DNA of 64,000 nucleotides from Myxococcota bacterium (GTDB lineage: Bacteria; Myxococcota_A; UBA9160; SZUA-336), in assembly GCA_965247115.1 (NCBI GenBank), contig CBDFGR010000002.1:448001-512000 (forward strand), written 5' to 3'. How positions within the stretch are numbered: position 1 is the stretch's first letter; each line of letters begins with the position of its first letter. The notes beneath the pieces are model-generated. The model had not been told where the DNA came from, made no database searches, and worked only from the letters and a program-made list of their open reading frames with translations. The position numbers were made by a program, and so were the translations under genes. Of this stretch, positions 17,809-27,247 are shown piece by piece.

Positions 17809-19539
17809 TCAGTCCTCTTCAGCCACCACCACGCAATCCTTGCCCGCGCCCTTCGCCGCGTAGAGCGCGCGGTCCGCCTCATTGAAGAGCCGTTTTGCAT
17901 CGCCCTTGTAGACCGAGACGCCGACCGAAACGCTGACCGAGATCTCCGTCGATCCACGCCGCGTGTCGATGGTCACGGGCAGGGCTGCCACCGCGGACCG
18001 GATCTTCTCCGCGACAATGTATGCGCCCCCGACGTCCGCCTGCAGCGTCAGAAGCGCGAACTCCTCGCCGCCATAGCGCGCGAGCACGTCGGTGTCGCGA
18101 ATCTGCGCGAACATCACCTCCGCCACGCCGCGCAGCGCCTCGTCGCCGGCAGCGTGTCCGAACGTGTCGTTCAGCTTCTTGAAGTCGTCGATGTCGATCA
18201 TCACGAGTGCGAGCAGGATCTCCGAGCGCCGCGCCCGCTTGATCTCGAGCGGGAGCTGGTCGTGAAAGTAGCGGTGGTTGTAGACGCGCGTGAGCTCGTC
18301 GGTGATCGACAGCAGCTCCAGCTTCTCGTTCTGTCTCTGGAGCTCCCGCTGATGTTTGTACAGACGGTCCGTCATCTGGTTGAACGTCCGGGTCAGGAGC
18401 GCGATCTCGTCGACACCGCCGGGATCCGGGATCTCCACCCGTGTCTCACCCTGCGCGATGCGCTCTGCGCCCACGGAGAGCGCCTTGAGCGGCCTGACGA
18501 TCGAGATTGCGATCCGGAGCGCGACCAGCGCGAACAGCGCCACGATCCCCAAGTTCCACAGGAGCACCCGACGAATCAGTCGAAAGACAGGGGCGAACGC
18601 AGCGTCGTACTGCTCCTCCACGACGATCGCCCAGCCAAAGCGCGGGAAACGCACCGCGGAACCGACCACGTGGTCCCCTGCCCTGGTGACGTAGTTGCTG
18701 ACGCGCGGGGTCGCGTCCTCGTCCGGCAGCGCAAAGCCGTACCCCTCGCCGACGACACGCGTGCGTGTAGCGGTCAAGTAGCGCCCGTCCTCTCCCACCA
18801 CGAATATCTCGCGCTCAGGACCGAACTCGTCCCCGGCCAGCAAGCCGTCGAGCGCCTCGGGGTCGAGCACCGCATGTAGGGAGCCCAGGCGTCGCTCGCC
18901 GCGCTTCACTGGCGAGGAGACCAACTGCAGGCGGCCCTTCTCATCCAGAAGCATGTCGCCCACTCTCGCATCGCGGTGTCTCGCGATGCTGGTGCGAAGC
19001 TCTTCGGGAAGCTCGCGCGACTCGCCCACCCAGAGGAGCGTCTGCCCTGCCTTGTCGAGCACGAACAGCGCTGCGAACTGATCGAAGCGCTCGAGGACGT
19101 AGCCCAGATACTTCTCCACCTCCTCGCGCGCCCGCTTCGCCTCCTCGCCACTGGCCGACTTTCCCAGCGAGTCGAGGTTGGCCTCCACGGTGCTACTGCG
19201 GGCAAAAGTGTCCACGTCGAGTCGGACCTGGGCGTACCACAGGTCCACGCGTTGCTCCGTGCTCTGGAGCAAGGCTGGGAACCTCTCGTTGATCTGGCCG
19301 CTCAGGAAGCCGTGGATCGATTGGATCGAGGCCCAGGTGACCAGCAGCGCGGTGAGCACCGTGGCTGTGAATACCAGCACGATCATCCGGGCCGTGAGGC
19401 TCTCGGACGGACGCCGCAGGAGCTTCAGCAGTCCCGGCACGAGACGAGTGGGGGAGAGGAGCTCGAGAGGTCTCCACAGGTACCCGGCCCAGCGTCGAAA
19501 TACCCCGCGGCCGCTCTGCTCGCTCCTCGTCCGTGGCAC
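17809..19539 (-). CDS. Membrane diguanylate cyclase (Cache-like sensor, HAMP, GGDEF)
   Basis: Two TM segments, DEIALLTRTFNQM HAMP, RDTD I-site, GGEEF. Confidence 0.95.
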   Translation of the reverse strand: MPRTRSEQSGRGVFRRWAGYLWRPLELLSPTRLVPGLLKLLRRPSESLTARMIVLVFTATVLTALLVTWASIQSIHGFLSGQINERFPALLQSTEQRVDLWYAQVRLDVDTFARSSTVEANLDSLGKSASGEEAKRAREEVEKYLGYVLERFDQFAALFVLDKAGQTLLWVGESRELPEELRTSIARHRDARVGDMLLDEKGRLQLVSSPVKRGERRLGSLHAVLDPEALDGLLAGDEFGPEREIFVVGEDGRYLTATRTRVVGEGYGFALPDEDATPRVSNYVTRAGDHVVGSAVRFPRFGWAIVVEEQYDAAFAPVFRLIRRVLLWNLGIVALFALVALRIAISIVRPLKALSVGAERIAQGETRVEIPDPGGVDEIALLTRTFNQMTDRLYKHQRELQRQNEKLELLSITDELTRVYNHRYFHDQLPLEIKRARRSEILLALVMIDIDDFKKLNDTFGHAAGDEALRGVAEVMFAQIRDTDVLARYGGEEFALLTLQADVGGAYIVAEKIRSAVAALPVTIDTRRGSTEISVSVSVGVSVYKGDAKRLFNEADRALYAAKGAGKDCVVVAEED

Positions 19540-19567
19540 GCATGCCCCTATCTGGCCGGAGCCCTAC

Positions 19568-19909
19568 TCAATCCGCGTCGGGCTCGGCGCCCTCCAGCAG
19601 CATCAGCTGATCCAGGCGGTCGAAGAGCTCCAGAGGCATCTCGGTGAACATGATCGCCGTGCCCCGGTCGGGATCGACGCGGACGACTCGGCCCAGGGCC
19701 TCGACCGGTGCCACCTCGGGGAAGTCTGCAAAGCTGATCACGATGTTGCACTCCTCGTCCTCGTCCAGGCAGTGGTCGACGTAGAGCCCTCCGAACCCGA
19801 CGTCGATCACTGGACAGCGCGGTACGTCCCGAGCAGAGGTCTTGATTCTCGCCGTCATGCGGGCCGTAACCCGGGCGAACTCGCGGGTGTGCTTCCAGGG
19901 CTTCTCCAT
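19568..19909 (-). CDS. Stand-alone PilZ domain protein
   Basis: REFAR (RxxxR) and DVGFGG (DxSxxG variant); GRVVRV. Confidence 0.8.
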   Translation of the reverse strand: MEKPWKHTREFARVTARMTARIKTSARDVPRCPVIDVGFGGLYVDHCLDEDEECNIVISFADFPEVAPVEALGRVVRVDPDRGTAIMFTEMPLELFDRLDQLMLLEGAEPDAD

Positions 19910-19920
19910 CTCGATTTCTC

Positions 19921-19948
19921 TCATCGGCCGCTCGTCTCCGCTGCTAGA
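19921..19948 (-). promoter_or_regulatory. sigma28-like promoter of PilZ-GGDEF
   Basis: TCTAG-N15-GCCGATGA on minus strand. Confidence 0.55.
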
Positions 19949-19990
19949 GACTCCGATGCCGACCATGTCCCGAGCGGCCTCGGGCTGCTC

Positions 19991-20018
19991 TAAAGACAGG
20001 ACCGAGACGGGTCGATCC
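19991..20018 (+). promoter_or_regulatory. sigma28-like promoter of the beta-barrel gene
   Basis: TAAAG-N15-GTCGATCC, 8 bp before ATG 20027. Confidence 0.55.
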
Positions 20019-20026
20019 ATCCGGTA

Positions 20027-21103
20027 ATGACCCCCTCCACCCGGACTGCCCCCACGGTCTCCGTACACCCCCGCCAGACTCGCCATACTCGCGCAGCGAG
20101 GCTGACGTGGCTGTTCCTCAGCGTCTGCGTTGGACTGAGCGGCCTCGGATCGGGGAGCGCCGGCGCAGCCGCCGAGCTCGACGAAGAGGCGAGCTCCGAA
20201 GTGCAAGTGCACGAGGTCGCCGCGCGGCAGGAAGAGGGCCGGCGAGACGACGCCTCCCGCTCCTTCCGCACGGAGTACCGCGTGACGCAGGGCTACCGGA
20301 TGGAAGAGCTCGACTGGAGCATCGGCATCCCGACGATCAACGTGCTCTCCGAGCTGAAGTGGGAAGAGATGCAGAGCACGTTCACGCGTCTCGAGGCGAT
20401 GGTGATGCTTCCTGGCCGCTTCTACTTGCACGGCGACGTCCAGCACGGCTGGATCGTCGATGGGGAGAACCAGGACTCCGACTATCTCCTGCCGAACCGC
20501 CAGGCCGAGTTCTCGCGCTCGAACAACCAGTCCGATGTCGGCGACTTCTCGGGCTTCTCCGTGGGGCTCGGGTATCACACGCCTCCAGTCCACTTCTGGG
20601 GGGAGAGCTATGAGTTCGGGCTCAGCTTCGGCTACGCGCACCGCGAGCAGAATCTGGTGATCCGGGACGGCTTCCAGACCATCCCGGCCCTCGGCGCCTT
20701 CGCGGGCTTGCGCAGCAAGTACGATACGCGCTGGCTCGGCCCGTGGATCGGCGTCGAAATCGTGGGCCGCTCGCCCGTGACAAGCTTGACCTTCACCGGA
20801 GCGGTTCAGTACCACATGCTGTACTACGAGGGCGTCGCCGACTGGAACTTGCGCACAGATCTCGCGCACCCGAAAAGCTTCGAGCACGACGCACACGGTG
20901 ATGGGCTTGTCGCGCGCCTGGCCGTCAAGAAGGACATCCGCGAGCACCTGTTCCTCGAGCTCGGTGTCGAGTGGTCGCTCTTCTCCACCGACACGGGCGA
21001 CGACATCACAAACTTCGCGACCGGAACGTCCAGTGAGATCGACCTGAACGAGGTGAACTGGACTGCCTTCAGCGCAAAGCTCACCTTCGGCGCCCGCTTC
21101 TAG
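20027..21103 (+). CDS. Omptin-like outer-membrane beta-barrel protein
   Basis: Signal peptide, NVLSELKW and GENQDSDY omptin-like motifs, alternating beta strands, C-terminal Phe. Confidence 0.7.
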   Translation: MTPSTRTAPTVSVHPRQTRHTRAARLTWLFLSVCVGLSGLGSGSAGAAAELDEEASSEVQVHEVAARQEEGRRDDASRSFRTEYRVTQGYRMEELDWSIGIPTINVLSELKWEEMQSTFTRLEAMVMLPGRFYLHGDVQHGWIVDGENQDSDYLLPNRQAEFSRSNNQSDVGDFSGFSVGLGYHTPPVHFWGESYEFGLSFGYAHREQNLVIRDGFQTIPALGAFAGLRSKYDTRWLGPWIGVEIVGRSPVTSLTFTGAVQYHMLYYEGVADWNLRTDLAHPKSFEHDAHGDGLVARLAVKKDIREHLFLELGVEWSLFSTDTGDDITNFATGTSSEIDLNEVNWTAFSAKLTFGARF

Positions 21104-21114
21104 CGGGACTCCCT

Positions 21115-21525
21115 CTAGGGCGCGTCGGTGATCGTGACGCGCAGCCGCCGCCTCGCGTAGTCCCGGCTGCCGTACGCTCCCTGCTCCGCGATCGCGATGA
21201 TCTGGTACACCGTCGCTGTGGTCGAGGCCTCGGTGTGATCAGTGCTCGCGCAGGTCACGTTCACCGTGAAGCCGTTCAGCCCGCCCTCGACGAGGCTCAC
21301 GTTGGTGGGAGCGAAACAGACGCCGGCAGTGGCCAGCTGGTAGATGCCCCACTCCACCCCGCTGCGCGCGGCCTGAAAGGCGTGCGCGCCCTGGAGCGCG
21401 AGGTTCAACGTCGACCGCTGCGCGCCGCCGAGGTTCACCATGATCGAGGCCGCGGCAGAGAGCACGACCAGCAGGAAGATGGCGCTGATCAGCCCGAACC
21501 CACTCTCTCTCCGCTCGCGACTCAC
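21115..21525 (-). CDS. mshP: MSHA biogenesis protein MshP
   Basis: GFGLISAIFLLVVL...AFQAARSGVEWG; position in the operon. Confidence 0.85.
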   Translation of the reverse strand: MSRERRESGFGLISAIFLLVVLSAAASIMVNLGGAQRSTLNLALQGAHAFQAARSGVEWGIYQLATAGVCFAPTNVSLVEGGLNGFTVNVTCASTDHTEASTTATVYQIIAIAEQGAYGSRDYARRRLRVTITDAP

Positions 21526-22439
21526 GGCGAGTTGCTCACGTGGATCTGGTGCAGCAGCCGCGCGCTCTCCCCGTCCCGCTCTACGGTGAGGTCGATCGTG
21601 ACCAGCCCCGAGTGCGTGGCGGTGGAAGTGTTGTACCGGAAGTCGCACCCCGTCACGTTCGTGGCAAGCAGGGCGATATTGCCCGCAGACAGGGGAACGA
21701 CGCTTCCATCGGCGGGCTGCGCGCTCGCGATGGCGTAACCCGAGTAGCGCACGAGCTGTTCGGTGCCGAGATCGCAGAGGTAGCTCACCGGCGTGTCGAC
21801 CACATACATACGCTGTCTCGGCGATGCAAGACGGAACTGCAGCGTCGGGGTCAGGACGATGCGGTCCTCGTCGCCCTCATCGACGAGCTGGAACCCCCCC
21901 GCGACCCCGCTCGTGATCACTCCAGGGTTCGAAGCTGTCGCGGCATCGCTGTAGATGGCTGCCTCCGTTGGGTAGATCGCGACGCGATAGCCAGCGGGAG
22001 AGCCGACCCCGTAGGCCAGGCCGAGCTCCTGGAAGCGTCCCAGGATGTCGAAGCTGTCCTCCTGGCCCGTGAAGTCGAGCCAATGGGTCGCGGGCGTGTG
22101 ATCGACGGTGGACGGGTTCACGCCGGCCTCCGCCCGATAGCGTGCTCCGTCGAGCACGTGAAGGAGCTCGAGCGCCAGCCCGCCGCCGCCGATCCTCAGG
22201 CTGTTCGGGAGCGCGGAGCGAATGTCGCGCCCCATCCGACGCGTGGCCGCTTCCGTGGTATCGGTGAGCGAAGCGCGCAGACGCACGTTGCCGTACGCCT
22301 GGAGCGGCTTGAGCGTGAGCGTCGCCGTCATCCCGATCACCACGCTGAGCAGCAGCACCACGACGATCAGCTCGATCAGGCTGAAACCGGAGTTCGAGCC
22401 GCGGGCGTAGCCGACAGGTTGTGTTGGCTCCCATGGCAT
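21522..22439 (-). CDS. mshO: MSHA minor pilin MshO
   Basis: GFSLIEL prepilin motif; RDIRSALPNSLR; QIHVSNSP C-terminus. Confidence 0.85.
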   Translation of the reverse strand: MPWEPTQPVGYARGSNSGFSLIELIVVVLLLSVVIGMTATLTLKPLQAYGNVRLRASLTDTTEAATRRMGRDIRSALPNSLRIGGGGLALELLHVLDGARYRAEAGVNPSTVDHTPATHWLDFTGQEDSFDILGRFQELGLAYGVGSPAGYRVAIYPTEAAIYSDAATASNPGVITSGVAGGFQLVDEGDEDRIVLTPTLQFRLASPRQRMYVVDTPVSYLCDLGTEQLVRYSGYAIASAQPADGSVVPLSAGNIALLATNVTGCDFRYNTSTATHSGLVTIDLTVERDGESARLLHQIHVSNSP

Positions 22440-22993
22440 CAGTAGTTGGTCCTGTAACCGCTCAGGGTGAAGTCGACGATGGCAGCGTCATTCACGTTCA
22501 CGTCCACACGGATGACCTCTGTGTTCCCGTTCAGCGTGTCGAGGTTCGCGTTCGCGGTCTCCACGCTGACCGAGATCGTGTAGCCACCCAGACCGGGGAT
22601 GGCTGTGTTGTCCTGATCTCTTGCACCGACGTCCACCAGGAGGTCGTAGTCGCAGACGTTGTCGTAGAGGTCGCGGCTGGCTTCGTTCGCCGGACATATG
22701 CCGCCCCCAGCGCCCAGATCGGGGTCGTAGTAGTTGTTGAGCAGAATCTCCTCCAGGTACGCCTCTGCAACGACCAGCGCCTGCTGGGCGACCAGTGGGT
22801 CTGCACTGCTCCGCACCGATCGGTTGATGGAGAGCAGCGTCCCCGTGACCGCGATGCCGACGATCGTGATCGAGATGATGAGCTCGATCAGCGTGACGCC
22901 GCTCGTCTCCCGCAGTCGGGCCGCGAGGCAGCGCCGAGGCTCAGGGCGCGTAGACAAGGCCCGTCTCGCCGACCACGCTGATGGTGCGTCCAC
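22439..22993 (-). CDS. mshD: MSHA minor pilin MshD
   Basis: GVTLIEL; SADP, AEAYLEEI, YDNVCDY, LSGYRTNY; true start may be downstream. Confidence 0.85.
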   Translation of the reverse strand: MDAPSAWSARRALSTRPEPRRCLAARLRETSGVTLIELIISITIVGIAVTGTLLSINRSVRSSADPLVAQQALVVAEAYLEEILLNNYYDPDLGAGGGICPANEASRDLYDNVCDYDLLVDVGARDQDNTAIPGLGGYTISVSVETANANLDTLNGNTEVIRVDVNVNDAAIVDFTLSGYRTNY

Positions 22994-23426
22994 CCACCGT
23001 GATGGTCGCGTCGGTCATCGTCTCCGCAGCGTCCATGGCCCGGCCCAGCGGGTCAAAGAGCAGCGGTGACACGCTACTGGTGACGATGACACCTCCCGGC
23101 GCCGTGCCCACGTACGTCAGCGCGTGGGTGCCGGGGTGGACCACCGCCTGGGCGTAGCCGGCGCCGTCACAGCCGGCCGCGCTCGTCGGGCCATCCTGCA
23201 AGTTGAGGGTATAGGTGCTGGCCGTGAAGCTGACCTGGACATTGCAGCCCGTGCCGATGGAGAGCTTCTGGGCGTAGCGGACAGCCGCGAGGGTGTCGTC
23301 GAAGAAGAAGGTGCTCTGGAAGTCGTCTGCCGCGAACAAGCGCGGGCCGGCCACCGCCGCCAGGATGCTCAGCAGCGCGATCACCGTGACGAGCTCCACG
23401 ATCGTGAATCCCGCCCTGTCGCTCAT
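22941..23426 (-). CDS. mshC: MSHA minor pilin MshC
   Basis: GFTIVEL; RYAQ; FDPLGR; ETG. Confidence 0.8.
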   Translation of the reverse strand: MSDRAGFTIVELVTVIALLSILAAVAGPRLFAADDFQSTFFFDDTLAAVRYAQKLSIGTGCNVQVSFTASTYTLNLQDGPTSAAGCDGAGYAQAVVHPGTHALTYVGTAPGGVIVTSSVSPLLFDPLGRAMDAAETMTDATITVGGRTISVVGETGLVYAP

Positions 23427-23454
23427 CGACTCTCCTCGAACCCCGGCAAACCGA

Positions 23455-23490
23455 ACGAGCGGGACGGAGGTTCTCCTCCGCCCCGCTCGT
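23455..23490 (-). terminator. Stem-loop downstream of the major pilin gene
   Basis: ACGAGCGGGGCGGAGG/CCTCCGTCCCGCTCGT 16-bp stem (one G-U) on minus strand, weak U-tract. Confidence 0.65.
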
Positions 23491-23540
23491 CAATCCGCGC
23501 TGCCGGGTCAGGCCAGACCCGCCCAGCAGTCAGGCTCAGG

Positions 23541-24020
23541 TTACGGGCAGGGTGTGGCCGCCACCACGATCTTGCAGACCTTGCCAGCGGCTTCCTCGTA
23601 CCGGAGGATGCTCGTGGTACCCGGCTGGGCATACTCGGCAAAGTCCGTGGCGGTCGTGTTCTGCTCGGTGCCGGTCCAGCCAGAGGGCACGACGCCAGAC
23701 ATGATCTGACTCCAGAGCTCCCCTGCGATGTCCTGGGCTGTATTCGCGCTGTCCAGAGTGGGATAGCCCGCCGCGTTGATGAACACGCTGGTGCCGTCGA
23801 TGTCTACGCTTGTGGCGGGCTTGCTGTCGACCAGCCACTTGGAGTGGACGATCCCGATCGCGGCGGAGAGGCCGCCCTGGACGCCGTCGAAGGCCGCAGT
23901 CTCGGCGCTCGAGGTGAAGTCCGCAAACTTGGGTAGGGCCACCGCCGCGAGGATGCTCAATACAGCGATGACGACAATCAGCTCGATGAGAGTAAAGCCG
24001 TCGTTGTTCCGAGGGGTCAT
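23541..24020 (-). CDS. mshA: MSHA major pilin (MshA/MshB-like)
   Basis: GFTLIELIVVIAVLSILAAVALPKF; GYP motif; own promoter and downstream hairpin. Confidence 0.8.
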   Translation of the reverse strand: MTPRNNDGFTLIELIVVIAVLSILAAVALPKFADFTSSAETAAFDGVQGGLSAAIGIVHSKWLVDSKPATSVDIDGTSVFINAAGYPTLDSANTAQDIAGELWSQIMSGVVPSGWTGTEQNTTATDFAEYAQPGTTSILRYEEAAGKVCKIVVAATPCP

Positions 24021-24138
24021 GGCTAGTTTTGCTCCTTCTATCCGTCCACCAGCGACCCCATCCCTGAGGTCCCGCGGTCCCTTGTCCAGGCCTTGGATAG
24101 AGTCCTCCGATGGCCTTACAGCGCCCGCTTCTGTGCCC

Positions 24139-24166
24139 CTATCGTCCGTGCCCGAAAGCAACTTGA
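24139..24166 (-). promoter_or_regulatory. sigma28-like internal promoter of the pilin gene
   Basis: TCAAG-N15-GACGATAG on minus strand. Confidence 0.6.
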
Positions 24167-24176
24167 CCCGCGTGGG

Positions 24177-25403
24177 TCAGCCAAGGCCCGAGCCCGCCAG
24201 GTTCCACATCGGCAGGTAGACGGCAAGTGCCAGGACCAGGACCATCCCCCCGATTCCGATCGTGAGTGCGGGCTCGATCAGGTCGGTCAGCCGCTCCAGG
24301 TCGTAGCTGACCTCCTCCTCGTAGTGCTCCGCGATCTGCAGATGCATCTGCCCGATCTCACCGGTCTGCTCGCCGACCTCGATCATCTGCACGTCCGAGG
24401 ATTCGAAGAGCTTCGCGTTCCCTGCGGCCACGGTCATGGTCTCGCCCCGCTCGATGCTGTTGCGCATGGCTGTGATGCGTTTCTCCATCCACACGTTGTC
24501 GACCGCGCGACCCACGAGCTGCAACACCTGGATCAGCGGCACACCCGCGGTGAAGGCCATCGCGAAGGAGCGCGCGTAGCGGGCCAGCGTAGCCCTGCGC
24601 ACGATCGCCCCCACGACGGGCAGCTTGAGCTTGTACTTGTCGATCACGTAGCGACCGGGTGGCGTTCGCGCGTACGCGCGCCAGGCCGCGATCCCGCCCA
24701 CGGTGCCGACCAGCAGGTACAGCCAGTACGCCAGCATGAAATCCGACATCCCGATCAAGAACTGGGTCGCCCACGGCAGCTCCGCGTCGAACTTGCCGAA
24801 GAACTTCGCGAACGACGGAATCACGAAGATGTTGATCAGAACCACGGCGGCAAAGATGACGCCAATCACGACCGTGGGGTAGCGAGTCGCGGCCTTGATC
24901 TGCTTGCGTGTCTGATTGTCCAGGGACAGATACGCTCCAACCTGCTGGAAGGCCTCGTCAAGCTGACCCGTGTTCTCCCCGACTTCGATGATGCTCGTGA
25001 AGAGGTTCGAGAAGATCCCGGGATGGCGCTGAAAGGACTCACTGAGCTCCCGGCCCGCTTCCAGGCTCTCGCTCACCTCGGCCAGCGCAGCGCCGAGAGC
25101 CGGATTGCGCGCCGTGGCGGCGAGACCGGCGATCGCTCGGCGCAGCGGCACGCCAGCGCGAACCAGCGTGTGTAGCTGCCTGCAGAACGGAACCAGCTCC
25201 CCTGGTCCGACCTGACTTGCGGCCCAGCGCTTCTGGGCCCAGTCTAGAAGGTCCTTCTCTGGAGGCTTCAGCACCTTGATGCGGATCGGCGTGAACCCGG
25301 CCTCCATCAGCTCGCCGGCGACGGTCATGCGCGAGAAGCCATCCACCTCGGCCTCGACCAGCTCGCCGGCTCTGTTGCGGGCGCTGTACGCGAAGACCGG
25401 CAC
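24177..25403 (-). CDS. mshG: Type II secretion F-family platform protein MshG
   Basis: GENTGQLD, AGVPL, GEQTG, LIEP, YLPMW. Confidence 0.9.
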   Translation of the reverse strand: MPVFAYSARNRAGELVEAEVDGFSRMTVAGELMEAGFTPIRIKVLKPPEKDLLDWAQKRWAASQVGPGELVPFCRQLHTLVRAGVPLRRAIAGLAATARNPALGAALAEVSESLEAGRELSESFQRHPGIFSNLFTSIIEVGENTGQLDEAFQQVGAYLSLDNQTRKQIKAATRYPTVVIGVIFAAVVLINIFVIPSFAKFFGKFDAELPWATQFLIGMSDFMLAYWLYLLVGTVGGIAAWRAYARTPPGRYVIDKYKLKLPVVGAIVRRATLARYARSFAMAFTAGVPLIQVLQLVGRAVDNVWMEKRITAMRNSIERGETMTVAAGNAKLFESSDVQMIEVGEQTGEIGQMHLQIAEHYEEEVSYDLERLTDLIEPALTIGIGGMVLVLALAVYLPMWNLAGSGLG

Positions 25404-25411
25404 CTACACCC

Positions 25412-27244
25412 TCACTCCCCGATGTACGCTTCGACTCCGCTCTCCAGGGACTCTCCCGCGTCGTCGAACGAGTCGGCCTCGCGCGGTGGATCGTGCTCGA
25501 CCACGAGATCCAGCAGCTTCTCCTCGGTGGGTCCCTCGTCGGCGGGGGCCTCCTCGATCTCCTCGGCAAGCCGGAAGACTTCCTGGATCGTGGTGATGCC
25601 CCGGCGCGCATAGTCGAGCGTGGCGAGGGCAATGGGCCGGAACTCGGACTTGGCCTTGGCCGCTTGCTCGTACTCGTTCTGCTGCCCCTGGCGCAGGGGC
25701 GTGGCCACGGACTCGTCGATCTCCAGCAGCTCGTAGACGCCGAGGCGCCCGCGATAGCCCGTCTGGTTGCAATCACCGCAACCGCGCCCGTGCTGGAAGG
25801 CCTCCTCCCCGCTCGGAGTCTCCATCGCGGAGAGCCAGCCCCGCTCCCGCTCGTCGGGCTGGTACGGCTCGCGGCAGTTGTCGCAGATCTTTCGCACCAG
25901 GCGTTGGGCGATCACCGCGCGCAGTGCAGAGGCGGCCAGGTAGCCCTCGGCCCCCATGTCGACCAACCGCAGCGGCGTCGCGATGGCATCGTTCGTGTGG
26001 AGCGTCGACAGGACCAGGTGACCCGTCATGGCCGCACGCAGACCGGTCTCGGCCGTCTCCTTGTCTCGCATCTCCCCGATCATGATGACATCCGGATCCT
26101 GGCGCAGGGAGGCGCGCAGCACGCGCGCAAAGGTCAGGTTCACCTTGGCGTTCACTTGCACCTGGTTGATGCGTGGAAGTCGGTACTCGACCGGATCCTC
26201 CACGGTGATGATCTTCTTGCCCGGCTCGTTGAGCTCACGCAACGCCACATACAATGTCGTCGTCTTCCCGCTTCCCGTCGGACCCGTGACGAGAACCAGG
26301 CCGTAGGGACGATGAATGAGATCGCGCAGCCGCACTAGCAAATCGTCCGGCAGGCCGAGCTGATCCAGGTTCTCCGTGCCGGTCGACTGGTCCAGCAGGC
26401 GCATGACCACGGCCTCACCGTTCTGAACGGGCAGCGTCGAGACACGGACGTCGATGGCTTTCTCGTTCACCCGCATGTTGAAGCGCCCGTCCTGGGGCAG
26501 GCGCTTCTCGGAGATGTCGAGACTCGACATCAGCTTGATGCGCAGCACCAGGGCGGAGGCGATGCGGGTCTCCTTCATGGTCTGCTCGTGGAGCACGCCG
26601 TCGATCCGCTGACGGATCCGCAGCACGTTCTCGTCCGGCTCGATGTGAATGTCGGAGGCGCCTGCCTGGACCGCATCCTCGAAGACCGACTTGAGCAGCT
26701 TCGCGACCGGAGCCTCCGAGCCCTTCTCGTCCGCGTCGATGTCGACGAGCTCGAGCTGCGACTCGCCGCTGAGCTCCTCGTCGAGCTGCATCGCGAGGCT
26801 CGAGATCTCGTCGGTGCGTCGGTAGAAGCGATCGAGGGTGCGTAGCAGGTCGGCCTCCCGCACCAGTGCCGGCTGGATCGGTCGCTTCAGGATCCTGGAG
26901 AGCTCGTCGAGCGCGAGCAGATCCGTGGGGTCCGCAAGGCCGACCTCGAGATCCTTGTCTGTCTCGCGAATGACGATCGCGTTGAAGCGGCGCGCGTGCT
27001 GCTCGGGAAGCCGCATGACCGTGGGCTGCGAGAGGTCGGCCGCCGACAGATCGACGAATGCGATGTCGAGCTGCCTGGCGAGGAAGTCCAGCAGCTGGGT
27101 CTCTTCGACGTAGCCGAGATCGACCAGGATCTGGCCGAGCCGCATGCCGCGCTTCTTCTGCGCCTGGAGGGCAAGCGTCAGCTGCTCGGCCGTGAGTAGC
27201 CCGTTCTCGACTAGAAGCTCGCCAATCCGCAGCTTGCGCCGCAA
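25412..27244 (-). CDS. mshE: MSHA assembly ATPase MshE with N-terminal MshEN c-di-GMP-binding domain
   Basis: RIGELL...RLGQIL tandem motifs; GPTGSGKT; EDPVE; tetracysteine. Confidence 0.95.
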   Translation of the reverse strand: MRRKLRIGELLVENGLLTAEQLTLALQAQKKRGMRLGQILVDLGYVEETQLLDFLARQLDIAFVDLSAADLSQPTVMRLPEQHARRFNAIVIRETDKDLEVGLADPTDLLALDELSRILKRPIQPALVREADLLRTLDRFYRRTDEISSLAMQLDEELSGESQLELVDIDADEKGSEAPVAKLLKSVFEDAVQAGASDIHIEPDENVLRIRQRIDGVLHEQTMKETRIASALVLRIKLMSSLDISEKRLPQDGRFNMRVNEKAIDVRVSTLPVQNGEAVVMRLLDQSTGTENLDQLGLPDDLLVRLRDLIHRPYGLVLVTGPTGSGKTTTLYVALRELNEPGKKIITVEDPVEYRLPRINQVQVNAKVNLTFARVLRASLRQDPDVIMIGEMRDKETAETGLRAAMTGHLVLSTLHTNDAIATPLRLVDMGAEGYLAASALRAVIAQRLVRKICDNCREPYQPDERERGWLSAMETPSGEEAFQHGRGCGDCNQTGYRGRLGVYELLEIDESVATPLRQGQQNEYEQAAKAKSEFRPIALATLDYARRGITTIQEVFRLAEEIEEAPADEGPTEEKLLDLVVEHDPPREADSFDDAGESLESGVEAYIGE

Positions 27245-27247
27245 GGC

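Noticed and set aside
19568..20947. 459-aa minus-strand ORF
   Set aside because: Most of it is the antisense shadow of the beta-barrel gene; only the last ~113 aa (PilZ) look real.
23444..23507. Resemblance to a c-di-GMP-I riboswitch (GGCAAACC...GGGACG)
   Set aside because: Antisense to the msh genes, lacks the GAAA tetraloop/receptor architecture, and is better explained by the post-pilin hairpin.
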